A stretch of DNA of 64,000 nucleotides from Octopus vulgaris (GCA_951406725.2 OX597819.1:34596001-34660000); one strand, 5' to 3'. Shown: positions 1-13,613, numbered from the stretch's first letter. Notes: generated by a model from the sequence alone, not told the origin. A program made the numbers and translations.

Positions 1-243
1 AGACACTTTATTTCATGTTGCTCCAGTTCATTCAGCTGTAGAAATGAGTTGCAACAACCCTGGTGTCAAACTGTATCAGCCTTTTCCTTTCCCTCAGATG
101 ATATTGGTGGCATGGAGAGGGAGGCTGGTATCAATGGGCAACTGCTGGTCTTCCAAAAATACCCTTGCCTGGACTTGTACCTTGGAGGGGATCTTTCTAG
201 GTGCAATCCTAAGGTCATTCATGACTGAAGGGGGTCTTCACCC
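1..243 (+). mobile_element. SINE family A, 3' part (cut by window start)
   Basis: Begins with the same body (cactttatttcatgttgctccagttca...gtagaaatgagttgc) and ends with the same tail (tctaggtgcaat...ggtcattcatgactgaagggg) as the reverse complement of 9232-9568 and 60270-60595. Confidence 0.8.
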
Positions 244-278
244 TTTATACATACACACATACAATGTGCTAATATATA

Positions 279-1547
279 CTGGGGTTGAACAAAATAACGG
301 AAACACCTTCAAATTTCAAATAAGCTTATTTTAATATCGGGTAGGACCACCTTTGGCAGTAATTACAGCTTGAATTCTACAAGGTAAGGACTCGTACAAA
401 GTTTGAATTGTTTCCAAAGGAATTTTTGTCCATTCTTCAGCTAAAGCAGTCTGCAGTTCTTGTAGTGATGCTGGTGAAGGATATCGACTCCTTACTTGTT
501 TTTTCTAAAATGCACCATAAATGTTCAGTAATATTGAGATCTGGGGACTAACATCACCAGATAAGATGTTCAACTTCACTAGAATGTTCCTCATGCCATT
601 CAGTAACAACTTTAGATGTGTGAATTGGTGCATTATCATCCTGAAAGATTGTGTTTCCTTCCGGAAACAGTTCTGCAACCATAGGATGAATTTGATCAGA
701 TAAAATGCTAAAATAACCTTGACTATTAATTCTGCCATGAAGGAAAACCAATGGGCTGGCAGATTTCCAAAATACAGACCCCCAGATCATCACAGATCCT
801 TCTCCAAGTTTAACAGTTGGAAGAAGGCAATCTGGGCCAAATGCTTCTTTTGGCTGTCTCCACATGTATACTCGGCTGGTGGTCAGAAATAAGGTAAATG
901 ATGACTAGTCCAAGAAAATAACATTCTTCCACTGCTCTAGGAACCAATTCTGTAGGTTTTTACTCCACTTTAAATGCTTTGTAACATTTGTTTTTGAAAG
1001 TAGTGGTTTTCTGGTTGCTGCCCTCCCATGAAATCCAGCTTTGTGCAGCTCCCAGTGAACAGTTTTTATGGAAACTGGGTTCTCAAGGTGGTCATTAAAC
1101 TCTGCAGTACTTTTGGGAGCTGCATTTTTGTGATCCTTTCTAACAATTCAAGTAAGAGTTCGGCAGTCCCTATCTGAAAGTTTTGGTTTTCTTCTGGAGT
1201 TTTGTTTCAACACAGAGGTTTTTCCCTCTTTCTCAAGGGCTATCATTATTTTCAAGAGAGTACTTCTTAATACACCAAACATTTCGGCTGTTTTTCCTTA
1301 TGCTAGCACCTGCCATATGAGCACCAAACATTTTGACCTCTTTGAAAGTTCAATAGATCTGTCATTTTAATGAATTTTAATTACCTTTTTTCTCATATCT
1401 GAAAAGAAACAGCAATTTTGGCAAAAACATATTAAACACACTATTAATAAATCAAAAAAGGCATAAAAATAAACAAGCTTTTGATGATTTTTATAGATAT
1501 TTCAAAATTATGATGCTAGATGTTTCCATTATTTTGTCCAACCCCTG
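279..1547 (-). mobile_element. Full-length decayed Tc1/mariner (Tc1 family) DNA transposon, ~1.27 kb
   Basis: Terminal inverted repeats ctggggttgaacaaaataacggaaaca (279-305) and tgtttccattattttgtccaacccctg (1521-1547). TA on the left, TG on the right. Encloses a transposase relic. Confidence 0.92.
331..1365 (-). pseudogene. Tc1-type DDE transposase pseudogene (frameshifts/stops)
   Basis: Starts MTDL..FQRGQ; contains PTVKLGEGSVMIWG and IFQDDNAPIHTS (ORF 554-865); ends AVITAKGGPTRY*. These are typical Tc1 motifs. Confidence 0.9.
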
Positions 1548-1566
1548 TGTATATATATGTATGAGT

Positions 1567-1609
<43 letters not shown>

Positions 1610-1908
1610 CCAGTTTGTTTTGATCCATTCAGATCAATATAATTTTTTCCTTAATTAAATGAACTTTGATACATAGTCATTCACTCTTGTTTGCAATGTC
1701 TCAATAATGGTTTCATTGATCTTCTTTAATTCAAATAATTTCATTTCTCATTAAAAGTCGTGGATTACAATCTTATTTTGGAATAAAAGGATGAAAAATA
1801 ATTGTTTGATGTGGCATCTTTGGTTTTTAGTCTGTATCACTAGTCATATATAATTATTTACACACACACACACACACACACATATGCATACATTCATACA
1901 TATATACA

Positions 1909-1954
<46 letters not shown>

Positions 1955-2290
1955 CATCACCATCATCATCATTTAATGTCTGTTTTCCATGCTGGCATAG
2001 GTTGGACAGTTCGACCAGAGCTGGCAAGTAGGAGAGCTACACCAGGTTCCAGTCTGATTTGGCTTGGTTTCTATGGCTGGATGCCATTCCTAACACCAAC
2101 CACTTTCCAGAGTGTGCTGGGTGCCTTTTATATGGCACCAGCATGGGTGCTTTTACAGTGCACCAGTAGCTGCACTTTTTATGTGATACTGGCACAAGGC
2201 CCTTGCAGGCGAATCTTCTTCAGCAGGAGTGTCATTAACACTTCTGCTGTGGAGGACAGGTCTTCTTGAGTATAGCAAGGTGCCATACAT
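1955..2290 (-). mobile_element. RTE LINE 3' end (5'-truncated), (GAT)n tail
   Basis: Same 3' UTR that is attached to RT remnants at 49537-50762 and 38583-40700. Confidence 0.75.
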
Positions 2291-2598
2291 ACACATACAT
2301 ATGTATTTTTTATATACGCATGTACTTCTTTTTCTTGAAATCTAGGATTCATAAGACCAGTTACATGGTTTCCATGGTGTACAAGTTACTGTGATCACAA
2401 CATGTCCCTGAACAGGACACTGGTTTGTTAGAAGGGTCCAAGGCTAGCAATTTTAAGGGGAGGGAACAAGCCTATTACATCAACCCCAGTTCTTGACTAG
2501 TACTTTATTTTATCGATCCCAAAGGGATCTCTACAGGATTTGAGTGAAGAAATTCCACTAAGCATTTTGTCTAACATGTTAACTATTCAACCAGCTTG

Positions 2599-2637
<39 letters not shown>

Positions 2638-2912
2638 AACACACATACTCAATATATGTGCTTTATTTATCCATCAGTAGGCAGCAATTTAGCTCAAAGT
2701 GCCATGTGTTAAAACACCTGGAAGTCATAGAGAGGCAAGACAACTCACCCCAAATCCCATTCAGCAGTGATGGGCATCGATGCTTTGCCATAGCTGAACT
2801 GAATTGGAGCAAAACTGAATTGCCAGTCCATGACTATATACAAATAGTGTAAAAACCATATATGTGTGTGTGTCTGCGTATGTATGTATATAGTGTAAAA
2901 ACCATATATATA

Positions 2913-4230
2913 CTAGCAGAGATACCCGGCATTGCCCGTGTTACATGCAATTGAAGAATTAGACTTTTCTGTTATATTTTCTGTAATGAACTGGAATATC
3001 TATGTTTCGAATTTCATCAAAATTGCAGATGAGGGTTATTTCCCTCTTTACACACCCTAAAAAAATTGTAATCATGCCACATGTATCCCATACTACTAAT
3101 TTTTATGTGCATATTCTAAAATTCCAGTCTTATTGAACCTGTTAAAAGGATTTTGCACCTGAAAAATGAAGGTCATGGAGCTCTAAAATGTGAGAGTGAA
3201 GGCCCTGTTGGAGTGGGTGTCTTAATGTCAAGCAGAGAAGTTGAATTGTTGAGAATCTTTTAAACTTGGGTCTTATATCTGTTGTTTGAATTTCTTTGAA
3301 ATAGGAAATATATGTTCACTGGGTTTGTAAAAGAGAGCAAAGCTACAGAAAACCAAAAGACGAATGATCACAATAAGCAGTCAGCTACCCTACCCTAGTT
3401 GTTACCACTCCCAATGTAGGATTCCTCACCATCCAGGTGACAGGCACAGCTGTAAGATGCATTACGAATCTATAGCAATTGGAAGGGTGTGACCCAACTG
3501 AAATAAACATTAACAACTGTGTGACATGAGGGCTAAGGAGAAATGAAAGTGTCACCTCTGGAGTTTGCAAATGACCACTATACTAATACGTAACTGGACA
3601 GAATAAATTTACAATCTATAAATGTCTTTGAATAACCAGTCACTCATCTGGGAAGGTCTTGAAATCAATGTTACCATCTGGGGACTATGTGTGACCCAGT
3701 GATAATAAAAAGATTGAAAGGAGGTCTGCAATCAAATAACTTTACTCAACACTTTGCAACTGAATCAGTGGAGGCAAAGATGCCTCTCATTTACTTGACA
3801 ATTTATGCACCATATTGCAGAAATCACAATGTAAGTGTATGTCAAAGCAAACTGTTATACTGTTGTACCACTGAATTACAAATAATGCTCATCTTTTATG
3901 CTCGGGTAACCCTACAGCTTCCAAGAGTACAACTGTATTTGTCTTTGCTTAGATTAAATGACAAAATTGTGGGTGTTAAGTCCTCATGGAGGGGTTTTTC
4001 TAACTTGTAAGAAGATGAAATTTTATAAATATTACTTCATTTGTGTCTAATATCTATGGTTAAAATTTCATCAACAGCAAAAATATATGAATTGTCATGG
4101 GGGTTATGGCCCTTATGCATAGAATATAACTTCCAAATTTCATAAAGATCCATTCAGTACTTTTGACCTAGTTTTGGATCATAAAAGTAATGACTAAAAT
4201 TTGGGAGTTAAGGCCCTCGTTAGGGTGTTA
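2913..4230 (-). mobile_element. Probable non-autonomous Helitron
   Basis: Minus-strand 3' end cacgggcaatgccgggtatctctgCTAG (GC hairpin then CTAG), resembling the end at 8661-8688. The 5' boundary is uncertain. Confidence 0.5.
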
Positions 4231-4308
4231 TACACACACACACATACACACAAAGATAAATTGATAGATACAACTGAGTAGGCAAACAGAGATGCAACAC
4301 AGATTTTT

Positions 4309-4355
4309 TGTCAGTGAACAGGTCACGGTCTTAAAGCGACGAAAATATTTTGACA
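4309..4355 (+). ncRNA. Hammerhead-ribozyme-like motif, type I, G3:C8 core variant
   Basis: Stem I tgtca/tgaca; core GUGAACA plus one extra G; stem II gtcac/gcgac; GAAA; palindromic stem III AAUAUU; UUU triplet. Confidence 0.5.
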
Positions 4356-4489
4356 CATTAAACTTAAATGTTGAAGTGAATCGAACGGCTTTTGTGTGTT
4401 TCTTAAATGGCTTACAAACACCTTCCACGCTGCAATTGTTTTCGTTTCAGCACACGATCTCAGATTAAATCACTTGCTATGCAGGTACA

Positions 4490-4603
<114 letters not shown>

Positions 4604-4642
4604 AACACATCCATATATATACATGAGTATATATATATATAT

Positions 4643-4808
4643 ACTCTCGGAGTGGTTGGCATTAGGAAGGGCATCCAGCTGTAGAAACTCTGCCAGATCA
4701 GATTGGAGCCTGGTGCAGCCATCTGGTTCGCCAATCCTCAGTCAAATTGTCCAACCTATGCTAGCATGGAAAGCAGACATTAAATGATGATGATGATGAT
4801 GATGATGA
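4643..4808 (+). mobile_element. RTE LINE 3' end
   Basis: ggagtggttggcattaggaagggcatccagctgtagaaac...ctagcatggaaagcagacattaaa(tga)n. Confidence 0.85.
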
Positions 4809-4850
4809 TATATATATATATATATGTATACATATAGATGTGTATATATA

Positions 4851-4902
<52 letters not shown>

Positions 4903-4974
4903 TAGATAGATATAGATATATATATACATCTATATATACACATCTATATGTATACATATATATATATATATATA

Positions 4975-5379
4975 GGTGCAGGAGTGGCTGTGTGGTAAGT
5001 AGCTTGCTTACCAACCACACAGTTCCGGGTTCAGTCCCACTGCGTGGCACCTTGGGCAAGTGTCTTCTACTATAGCCTCAGGCCGACCAAAGCCTTGTGA
5101 GTGGATTTGGTAGACGGAAACTGAAAGAAGCCCGTCGTATATATATATGTATATATATGTGTTTGTGTGTCTGTGTTTGTCTCCCCAACATCGCTTGGCA
5201 ACCGATGCTGGTGTGTTTACGTCCCCGTTACTTAGTGGTTCGGCAAAAGAGACCGATAGGATAAGTACTAGGCTTACAAAGAATAAGTCCTGGGATCGAT
5301 TTGCTCGACTAAAAAGGCGGTGCTCCAGCATGGCCGCAGTCAAATGACTGAAACAAGTAAAAGATAAAAAGATAAAGAT
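4975..5379 (+). mobile_element. tRNA-derived SINE family C, full length
   Basis: A-box-like tggctgtgtggtaag, B-box-like gggttcagtccc, central TA/TG microsatellite, tail gactgaaacaagtaaaaga. More than 10 related copies in the window. Confidence 0.9.
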
Positions 5380-5529
5380 ATATATACATGTAAATTTAAA
5401 TTTAAAATAATAAGGGTGAAAAATTCAATATTAATTTGAATAATATGAATTTAAAACCAGTGGTGTAGCATATAAGACCATAGCAGATCTTCTAGCATTA
5501 TGGATGTCCAGCTTTAATAGTTTCGGTAT

Positions 5530-6623
5530 TAAAGTGAAAGTATTAAAGAGAAAGTATCTGATATTACAATAGAGAGAGAGATGTTTTTGCTTCACTTTTG
5601 ACACATAATACAGAAATAGTAGAGAAGATATGATATTGCTGTGAGCTCGCACTAGGCAAAAAGTTAAAAAAAATTTTGCCCATGATACTACATGGACCCT
5701 AAGTAAGGCATGTGTAAAATTTGAATGAAATTGGTTGTGTAGTTCTCAAGTTTTAGGGATACACACAAACAGAGAGACAGATAGACACACATTCTCAGTT
5801 TTACATCTTGAGAACTACACAACCAATTTTATTCAAATTTTACACATCCTTACTTAGGGTCCGGGGAGTGTCATTGGCAAAAAATTTTGAACTTTTTGCC
5901 AAGGGCGAGCCCACAGCAATATCATATCTTCTCCACTACGATTCCCTAAAACTTGAAAACTACACAACCAATTTCATTCAAATTTTACACATGCCTTACT
6001 TAGGGTCCATGTAGTTTCATGGGCAAAAAAAATGTTCAACTTCTTGCCTAGAGTGAGCCCATAGCAATATCATATCTTCTCCACTATTTCAGTATTACAT
6101 GTTAAAAGTGAAACAAAAATATTTCTCTATTTCATGTCAGATGCTTTCACTTTAACAATAAAAATAATAATAAAAATTGAATTATATGTAGTAAGTAATA
6201 ATTAAAATCAAACTAAAGTATAAAATAATCGTAACATAACAAAAGTAAAAATAGCAATTGGTATAAAATTGCATCAATGATTTGAATTTGAAGAAGTGGT
6301 TTCACATGAATGGGAATAAATTTAAAATAAAATAAGCGTGCAGAAATGGAATAGTCCAGATGGATAATAAAAAATTAAATTAAAGAAAAAACTACTGTCT
6401 ATAAAGTATAGAATGTAGAGAAAAAAGAAGAGTTAGCAATTCCAGTCTGTTATATATTTTTAGTATTGTTATCACTAGCGATATCAAGATATAACTTTGT
6501 ATTTTGCATTTTATGTGTAGATGTATATATATATAGATGTACATGTAATATGTACATATATATATATACACATATATACATGCACTAGCACTATGACCCG
6601 GCAACAACGGGTCTTTAATGCTA

Positions 6624-6626
<3 letters not shown>
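5530..6626. mobile_element. Two head-to-head copies of a Helitron-like non-autonomous element forming a long inverted repeat
   Basis: 5530-5760 is the reverse complement of 5945-6156; 5806-5940 is a tandem copy of the same unit; a hairpin+CTAG end lies at 6583-6626. Confidence 0.6.
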
Positions 6627-6698
<72 letters not shown>

Positions 6699-6708
6699 TG
6701 TATGTATG

Positions 6709-6753
<45 letters not shown>

Positions 6754-7648
6754 GTTCCAATAGAAACTAATACATTAGTATAGCCTTACATCATGTGTGG
6801 AGACCAAAATATAGTAATATAGGCCTACATTAAATGTAGATAATATGACACTAATAGACATTCATAAGATCAAAATATGGAATAAAATCTCTAAGAAATT
6901 GTAGTCATTCACTCATTAGGTGTTAGATGTAACTTAAATTCAACAATACTATCAGTTAGCTTGAATTAAACTAGACAGAAATATTCCTTATTTATTTGAC
7001 TACATCTTTCCATAATATTGGTAATTACTATTTTTATCACCTTTTCCTTTTCAGGTGGTAGAACAACTATCCTTATCTTCAGGGAGGTTCTTCTGATTCA
7101 GAAACATAGCATTTCATGTTCAAATAATGTCAATGACTCATTCACTGGTACTTCATTTCTTGGTAATTACTGCATCTCTCATCTAAAAATTAAGCTATGT
7201 AATTAGAGAATATATCAAAATTAACATTTAAATCACTGCACTGAAAAGGGGATCTTTCCTCCCCTTGGCACTACAGTGTAATGATTTACCACTCTTCAAA
7301 GTTACATATCAATTACATTTACCATCCCTGCCAAACCTGACATCTTGCAGAGATTTCCTTTCATAAGTTTATACCTAATGTAGTTGTAAACCCCCTCAAG
7401 GTATAAAATATGGCTACTCTCAATGGATACATTTTAATAGATATGGCACTTAATCAATCAGAATTGATGAACTTGTTTCTGTAATTCCCCTCATGGCCAA
7501 TTCTTTAGAGCAGACTTAATATATGAATTAATAATTACAATACTTTCTTTTTGTGAACTGCTTATTAATCACCTGACCTAGTTATTATTCTTTAATTATA
7601 CTTCTCCCTCATTGGATCTTCTTACTTCCAACAATTTTACTATTTTAA

Positions 7649-7868
7649 CCCATTAGCATTTAAAATGGCCATATCTGGTCAAAATATTCTTCCTGTTTTA
7701 AGTCCAAGCCAGCCAGATCTGGTGTCTTACACCTCCCCTACAATGTCATTCTAAAAAATAAACAATCACATCATAGAAATTTTGAATTTATGAGATAATG
7801 TATGATTAGCCCAAAGCAATGTGAATAAATAAGTATAACAACTGAGAGAATATCTGATTGCTAAAGGG
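7649..7868 (+). mobile_element. TTAA-flanked MITE (piggyBac-like), ~220 bp
   Basis: TTAA|cccattagca ... tgctaaaggg|TTAA. Related copies at 12270, 14829, 45030 and 62118. Confidence 0.8.
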
Positions 7869-7989
7869 TTAAGGTCTGAAAACCTTATAACCACTTGGGA
7901 GAGAATCACAAAATTCTTGGTTAATTTGCAAAAAAAGGAAAATTATAGCTAAAGCATCTATTTCCTTATATCTGTCATTGATGTAAAGT

Positions 7990-8198
7990 TATCTTTTATC
8001 TTTTACTGTTTTAGTCATTGGACTGCGGCCATGCTGCGACACCATCTTGATGTTTAGCTGAACAAATGACTCCAGTACTTAACTTTAAACCTAGTACTCA
8101 TTCTATCAGTCTCTTTTGATGAACTACTAAGTTACAGAAACATAAACAGACCAACACCAATCGTCAAGTGGTAAAGTGAAGACAAACCCAACACACAC

Positions 8199-8247
<49 letters not shown>

Positions 8248-8373
8248 TTCCAACTACCAAATCCACTCCTGGGGCTATAGTAGAAGACACTTGCCCAAGG
8301 TATCACACAATGGGACTGAACCTGGAACCATGTGGATGGGAAACAAACTTCTTACCACACAGCCACACCTGCA
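7990..8373 (-). mobile_element. SINE family C, diverged
   Basis: Reverse complement similarity to 4975-5379. Confidence 0.8.
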
Positions 8374-8389
8374 CCAATATTATCAGATA

Positions 8390-8688
8390 TCTTTATATAT
8401 AAAAGTGAAGTTGTGTGTCTGTCTCCTACGATTTAGATTCGTAACTACTCCCACATTTTGCGGTGCAGTGTAACCAAAAGCAGGTATCTTATAGTCGTGA
8501 TTCATATCGAGCCATTCTGGGTATTAGCGCATGTCTACGATGAGTCTACGATTTAAAAAAAATTTTTCCATAATTTTTTCCCATTTTTAATGCAACTTTT
8601 TGCTATTATATAAGGGAAGTAACTCTCTAAAAATGCTTATATTGTTTTTTCCCTTACAAACCCGAGCAACGCCGGGCGATACTGCTAG
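8390..8688 (+). mobile_element. Non-autonomous Helitron, ~300 bp
   Basis: A|TC start, subterminal hairpin cccgagcaacgccggg, CTAG|T end, no TSD. Second copy at 34290. Confidence 0.85.
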
Positions 8689-9231
8689 TTTTAAGATAAA
8701 GATCTTTGCTGTCATATCTGTTAGTGTTCTGACATGATTCTTAATATAGAGATATATTTTTTGATACAATCAATGTCATGGATAACAATTTTAAGCTGTT
8801 TCCTTTCTTTGTTTCATAAGGCCTTTGGTTACTTGTCAGCTTTCCATATCACTAATAATATATCATACTGCATGCCTGTTATACAAATTATTTTATATGA
8901 TTCAGATTGAGCCTTTAATCACACTGACTTCACCCAGTTGTAATTGTCTCATTCTTCATATTGACATCAACACAATGAGTCTCTCGAAACACTACCACAC
9001 AAAATGCTTTGTTTAATCTCATATCTGTCTGCCTATCTGTTTGTCTGTCTGTCTGTCTACTTACTTATCTACCAACCTACCAATCAACCATAAAACTTTC
9101 TGTTTCTGTGGAACTTGCTCTTTGCCCTCACTTCCCAGCAAATAATCACTTAAAAACATTGAATTAAATATGCGGATTGATTTGACTTGCCCCATTTCAG
9201 TTCAGGAGAGCAATTTACTCCATAAAGGATA

Positions 9232-9568
9232 AAAACCCCCTTCGGTCATGAATGACCATGGGATTGCACCTAGAAAGTTACCCTCCTAGACACAAGTCAG
9301 GGCAAGGTTGTTTATGGAAGACCAGCAGTCGCCCATGCATACCAGCCTCCCCTCTTCACGCCACCAGTGTTATCCAAGGGAAAGACAAAGGTCGATACAG
9401 CTTGGCACCAGTGACGTCGCAACTCATTTCTACAGTTGAGTGAACTGGAGCAACGTGAAATAAAGTGCCTTGCTCAAGAACACAACACGCAGCCCGGCCC
9501 AGGATTCGAGCTCACAACCTCACGATCGTAAGCTCGACGCTCTAACCACTGAGCCATGCGCCTTCACC
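9232..9568 (-). mobile_element. tRNA-derived SINE family A, near full length
   Basis: Minus-strand head ggcgcatggctcagtggttagagcg...gagctcgaatcc (Pol III A and B boxes). CpGs retained. Confidence 0.88.
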
Positions 9569-9844
9569 ATTTACTCCATATACCATTGAAATATAGATGC
9601 ACTTCTACTTAAAACAGATGAAAAGAAATAGAATTAAATTTACACTATTTTTACTCTTGGAAATTTCATGAATATTTTGAAAATGAGAAGATTATTGAAT
9701 ATTTGTAGAAAACTATGAAAGACAATTTCTTTTGAAATTGTACTTTTAATGAAGTGTTTGATATTTGAATTGAAGTAAAGCCACATAGGTAGTGAATTTT
9801 ACACTGTCTGCAGTCTGAGAACACCTTTGAAAACTATATTCTTT

Positions 9845-10420
9845 TTTTCCTCCCTTGGACACACAAAGACCTGTTGAGGCAAGCGAAGTCGATATCGAAC
9901 CTCATCCAACGACAGGCACCTATGCCAACCCCCCTTTGCTTGCGAAGACCTGTTGGGGCAAGTGAAATCGGAATCGAAATTGAACCAATCCTATGACTGG
10001 CACCCGGCAGATGCCAGGATGCCTGGACTGGAGATACGTAAAAAGCACTATCCGAATCATGGCTGATGCCAGTGCCGCCTCGACTGGCTTCCATGTCGGT
10101 GGCACGTAAAAAGCACCATCCGAATCGTGGCTGAAGCCAGTGCCACCTCGACTGGCTTCTGTGCAGGTGGCACGTAAAATACACCAATCCGACCGTGGCC
10201 GATGCCAGCCTCGCCTGGCACCAGTGCAGGTGGCACGTAAAAAGCACCCACTACACTCATGGAGTGGTTGGCATTAGGAAGGGCATCCAGCTGTAGAAAC
10301 ATTGCAAGATAAGACCGGAGCATGGTGCAGCCTTCTGGCTTCCCAGATCCCCGGTCGAACCGTCCAACCCATGCTAGCATGGAGAACGGACGTTAAACGA
10401 TGATGATGATGATGATGATG
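9845..10420 (+). mobile_element. RTE LINE 3' UTR with internal tandem subrepeats
   Basis: Repeated ggtggcacgtaaaaagcacc units, (GAT)n tail; near-identical in reverse to 29489-29965. Confidence 0.88.
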
Positions 10421-10829
10421 TTCCTCTTCATACATTGAGAGTTATTATCTACTATTTTCATCTTTTTACCAATCAATGAATATGCTTATGCACATCCATG
10501 ATAAAATACTTTACTTCTGTTCATCTTTCCACAGTGACTATCATCATCGCCATCATTTTAGCATCCACTATTCCATGCTTTCATGGGTTGCTGGTTATTG
10601 AGGCAGATATATTTTATGGATGGATGAGCATCTTTCAGTTTCCATCAACCAAATCCACAGACAAGGCTTTGGTTGGCCTGCAACTATAATAGAACACATT
10701 TGTCCACAGTACCATGTAGTGGAACTGAAGAACCCAGAAACATGTGGTTGAGAAGCAAACTTCTTACTACACAGTCATAGCCTAGACTTATTTTTATTAA
10801 AATTATTGAAAATGTTTTAAAAGAATAAT

Positions 10830-11530
10830 ATAATTAAGATAATTATAATAATATAATTATAATAATATAATTAAAATAATAATATATAATATATATAATA
10901 ATATATAATATATATAATGATATATAATCTATATAATCTATATAATAATATATAATGTATATAATAATATATAATATATATAATATATATAATGATATAT
11001 AATCATCATCATCATCGTTTAACGTCCGTTTTCCATGCTAGCACGGGTTGGACGGTTCGACCAGGGTCTGGGAAGCCAGGGGCTGCACCAGGCTCCAGTC
11101 TGATCTGGCAGTATTTCTACAGCTGGATGCCCTTCCTAACGCCAACCACTCCGCGAGTGTAGTGGGTGCTTTTTACGTGCCACCAGTACAGGTGCCTGGG
11201 GAGTCTGGCATCGGCCACGATCGGTTGGTGCTTTTAACGTGGCACCGGCACGGAAGCCAGTCAAGGCGACGCTGGCATCGGCCACGTTCGGATGGTGCTT
11301 TTTATGCTTTTTAATCTATATAATATATATAATAATATATAATATATATAATAATATATAATATATATAGTAATATATAATATATATAATAATATATAAT
11401 ATATATAATATATATAAAAATATATAATAATATATAATATATATAATATATATAAAAATATATAATAATATATAATATATATAATATATATAAAAACATA
11501 TAATCTATACAATATATATAATAATATATA
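10830..11530. repeat. AT-only low-complexity tract interrupted by a minus-strand RTE 3' end (11003-11310)
   Basis: (atatata/ataat)n on both sides of the insertion. Confidence 0.85.
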
Positions 11531-12269
11531 GCAAACTCTTTATATAACAGAACTGAAGACCTAATCTGTCTATCTATAACATTATGACCACATTGTAACA
11601 TTTAACATTGTCCTACATCCTAGTTTTTATATCAAAGTAAAGTACACATGACTGGATTTGTTTCAACAGTCCCAATGAATGAAGCACAAGAGCATCTACA
11701 TGGTGTTGTGAAAAAAATCTCAACAGTATATTTATCACAATTCAAACTATTTCTGAGTCAATTGTTTATAAAAAAAATGTAAATAATATAAAACTGTGTC
11801 TATAATAGACTTATGCCTGTGATTTTGTTCCGTATTTTATTAGTTATTGTCTTATGAATAACTGTTGTCTATAACAGATTTTGTTTTCATTTCATTTCAT
11901 AGTTAAACATCACATACATAGATGGTAGCAGAATAATACAAATTTATTGCAGACAGATCTTAAATTCAACAAAAAATATGTTTTATATCTTAAACAATAA
12001 ATGGCTACGAAACCTTGCTAAGCAAATCATTTATGTCTGATTCTTTTTATAAGAATATAAACCAATGAAGGAACTGTTATGCTGTCATTTGGCTTTCTAT
12101 GAATAGCAGCTAATTCATTCTTAAATCACACCCTACAAGAGAGATGCATATTGAATAATTCTCAACGCAAACAGCCTAAAAAAAAATTTGTTCATGGATG
12201 GACTATCTTTGACAATAGGTCTGTTAGATCAACTCTAATTTGGGATTAAACTATGGCACAACACATTAA

Positions 12270-12774
12270 CCCTATAGCATTCAAACCAGCTACATTCAGC
12301 CCAAATAGTCTACTTATTTCTATATTCAAGGCAGCCAAATTTGGCTTCTCATACCTATCCTACAATGTCATTCTAAAAATAAGCAATCACATCATCGAAA
12401 TCTCGAAGCTATAAGATAATGCATGATAAATTCAAAATAATTCAAGGGAAATATTACCTTTGCTTGGAAGCAGGTGTGGGATGGTGACAGGAAGGATGTC
12501 CAGCTATAAAAAAAAACAAAAACAAATCTGCCTAAAAATTTCTGTCTGACCTATTACACAAGCATGGAAAAGTGGACATTAAATGACAATGACATGTAAA
12601 AAGCACCCAGTACACTTTGTAAGGTGGTTGGTGTTTGGAAGGGCATCCAGCCATAGAAACTATGCCAAAGCAGACAATTGGAGCTTAGTGAGGCTCTCTG
12701 GCTTGCCAGCTCCTGTCAAACTGTCCAAGCCATGCCAACATGGAAAACAGATGTTAAATGATGACGACGACGGC

Positions 12775-12840
<66 letters not shown>

Positions 12841-12950
12841 AATGATGATGATGATGATGACGACGATGATGATGATGACAACGATGATGATGATGATAAA
12901 TGTGAATAGATAAGCATTACATTTGACAGAGTAATCTAAATGTTGAAGGA
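12270..12950 (+). mobile_element. TTAA MITE carrying two nested retro-insertions and a long (GAT)n
   Basis: TTAA at 12266 and 12951; MITE halves match 7649-7868; inserts span ~12442-12897. Confidence 0.75.
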
Positions 12951-13613
12951 TTAAAGACCAGTTTTTTTCTACTAAAGTAGAGTACAGTCTTGCAGGCCTC
13001 TGACACTTTTCATACTCACCATGGTTCCTTTTGTCTTGGCCCTTCTTTTGCCAACCATGGAAGAATATTTTTGGGAAAAACTGAGAATGTTATATCGTTA
13101 CCACACTTTTCTATCTTCTGTCAATCTGGCACCATTTACATCATCGTCATCGCCGTTGTCATCATCATCATCATCATTATTGAATACTGACTTTCCATGC
13201 TGGTACAGGTCAGTTCTTATTCAAAGTTACCACTTTGAATAAGATGGATCAGGGGACCACATATTTCCGGCACAATTTCAACCCTTCCTACCACCAACCA
13301 CTGAATGCATTATATTGTGGCATCAGCACTGATTAATTTGTTTTATACCCACACAAAACTGAAGTACCATCAAGATATCAAGAATCTATAGCATAGATTT
13401 TGAAAAAAGATAATTTATAAATTTTAGTAAAACTAATTTTCGAGATATTGTAAAATTAATGAATATACAAACAAATACAATAAATGTAAAAATCCAATAA
13501 GTACTTTTATTTTGTAATTTATTTTTATGTAACAGGATAGGGTGGAATACACAACATAACTTTCTATTGCTACTGGAATGAGGGGAAAGAGAAATGTAGA
13601 GAAAAATAGAATT

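Noticed and set aside
3687-4010. ORF with QLYLSLLRL, reminiscent of Helitron helicase GQLYVAxSR
   Set aside because: Single weak motif, and on the opposite strand to the inferred Helitron end.
7018-7206. Strong acceptor ttttccttttcAG with an open frame
   Set aside because: No recognisable peptide or clear donor; such sites are frequent by chance in AT-rich DNA.
9490-9568. tRNA-like sequences (also 23406, 23494, 61614)
   Set aside because: They are SINE heads continuing into SINE bodies, with no complete cloverleaf.
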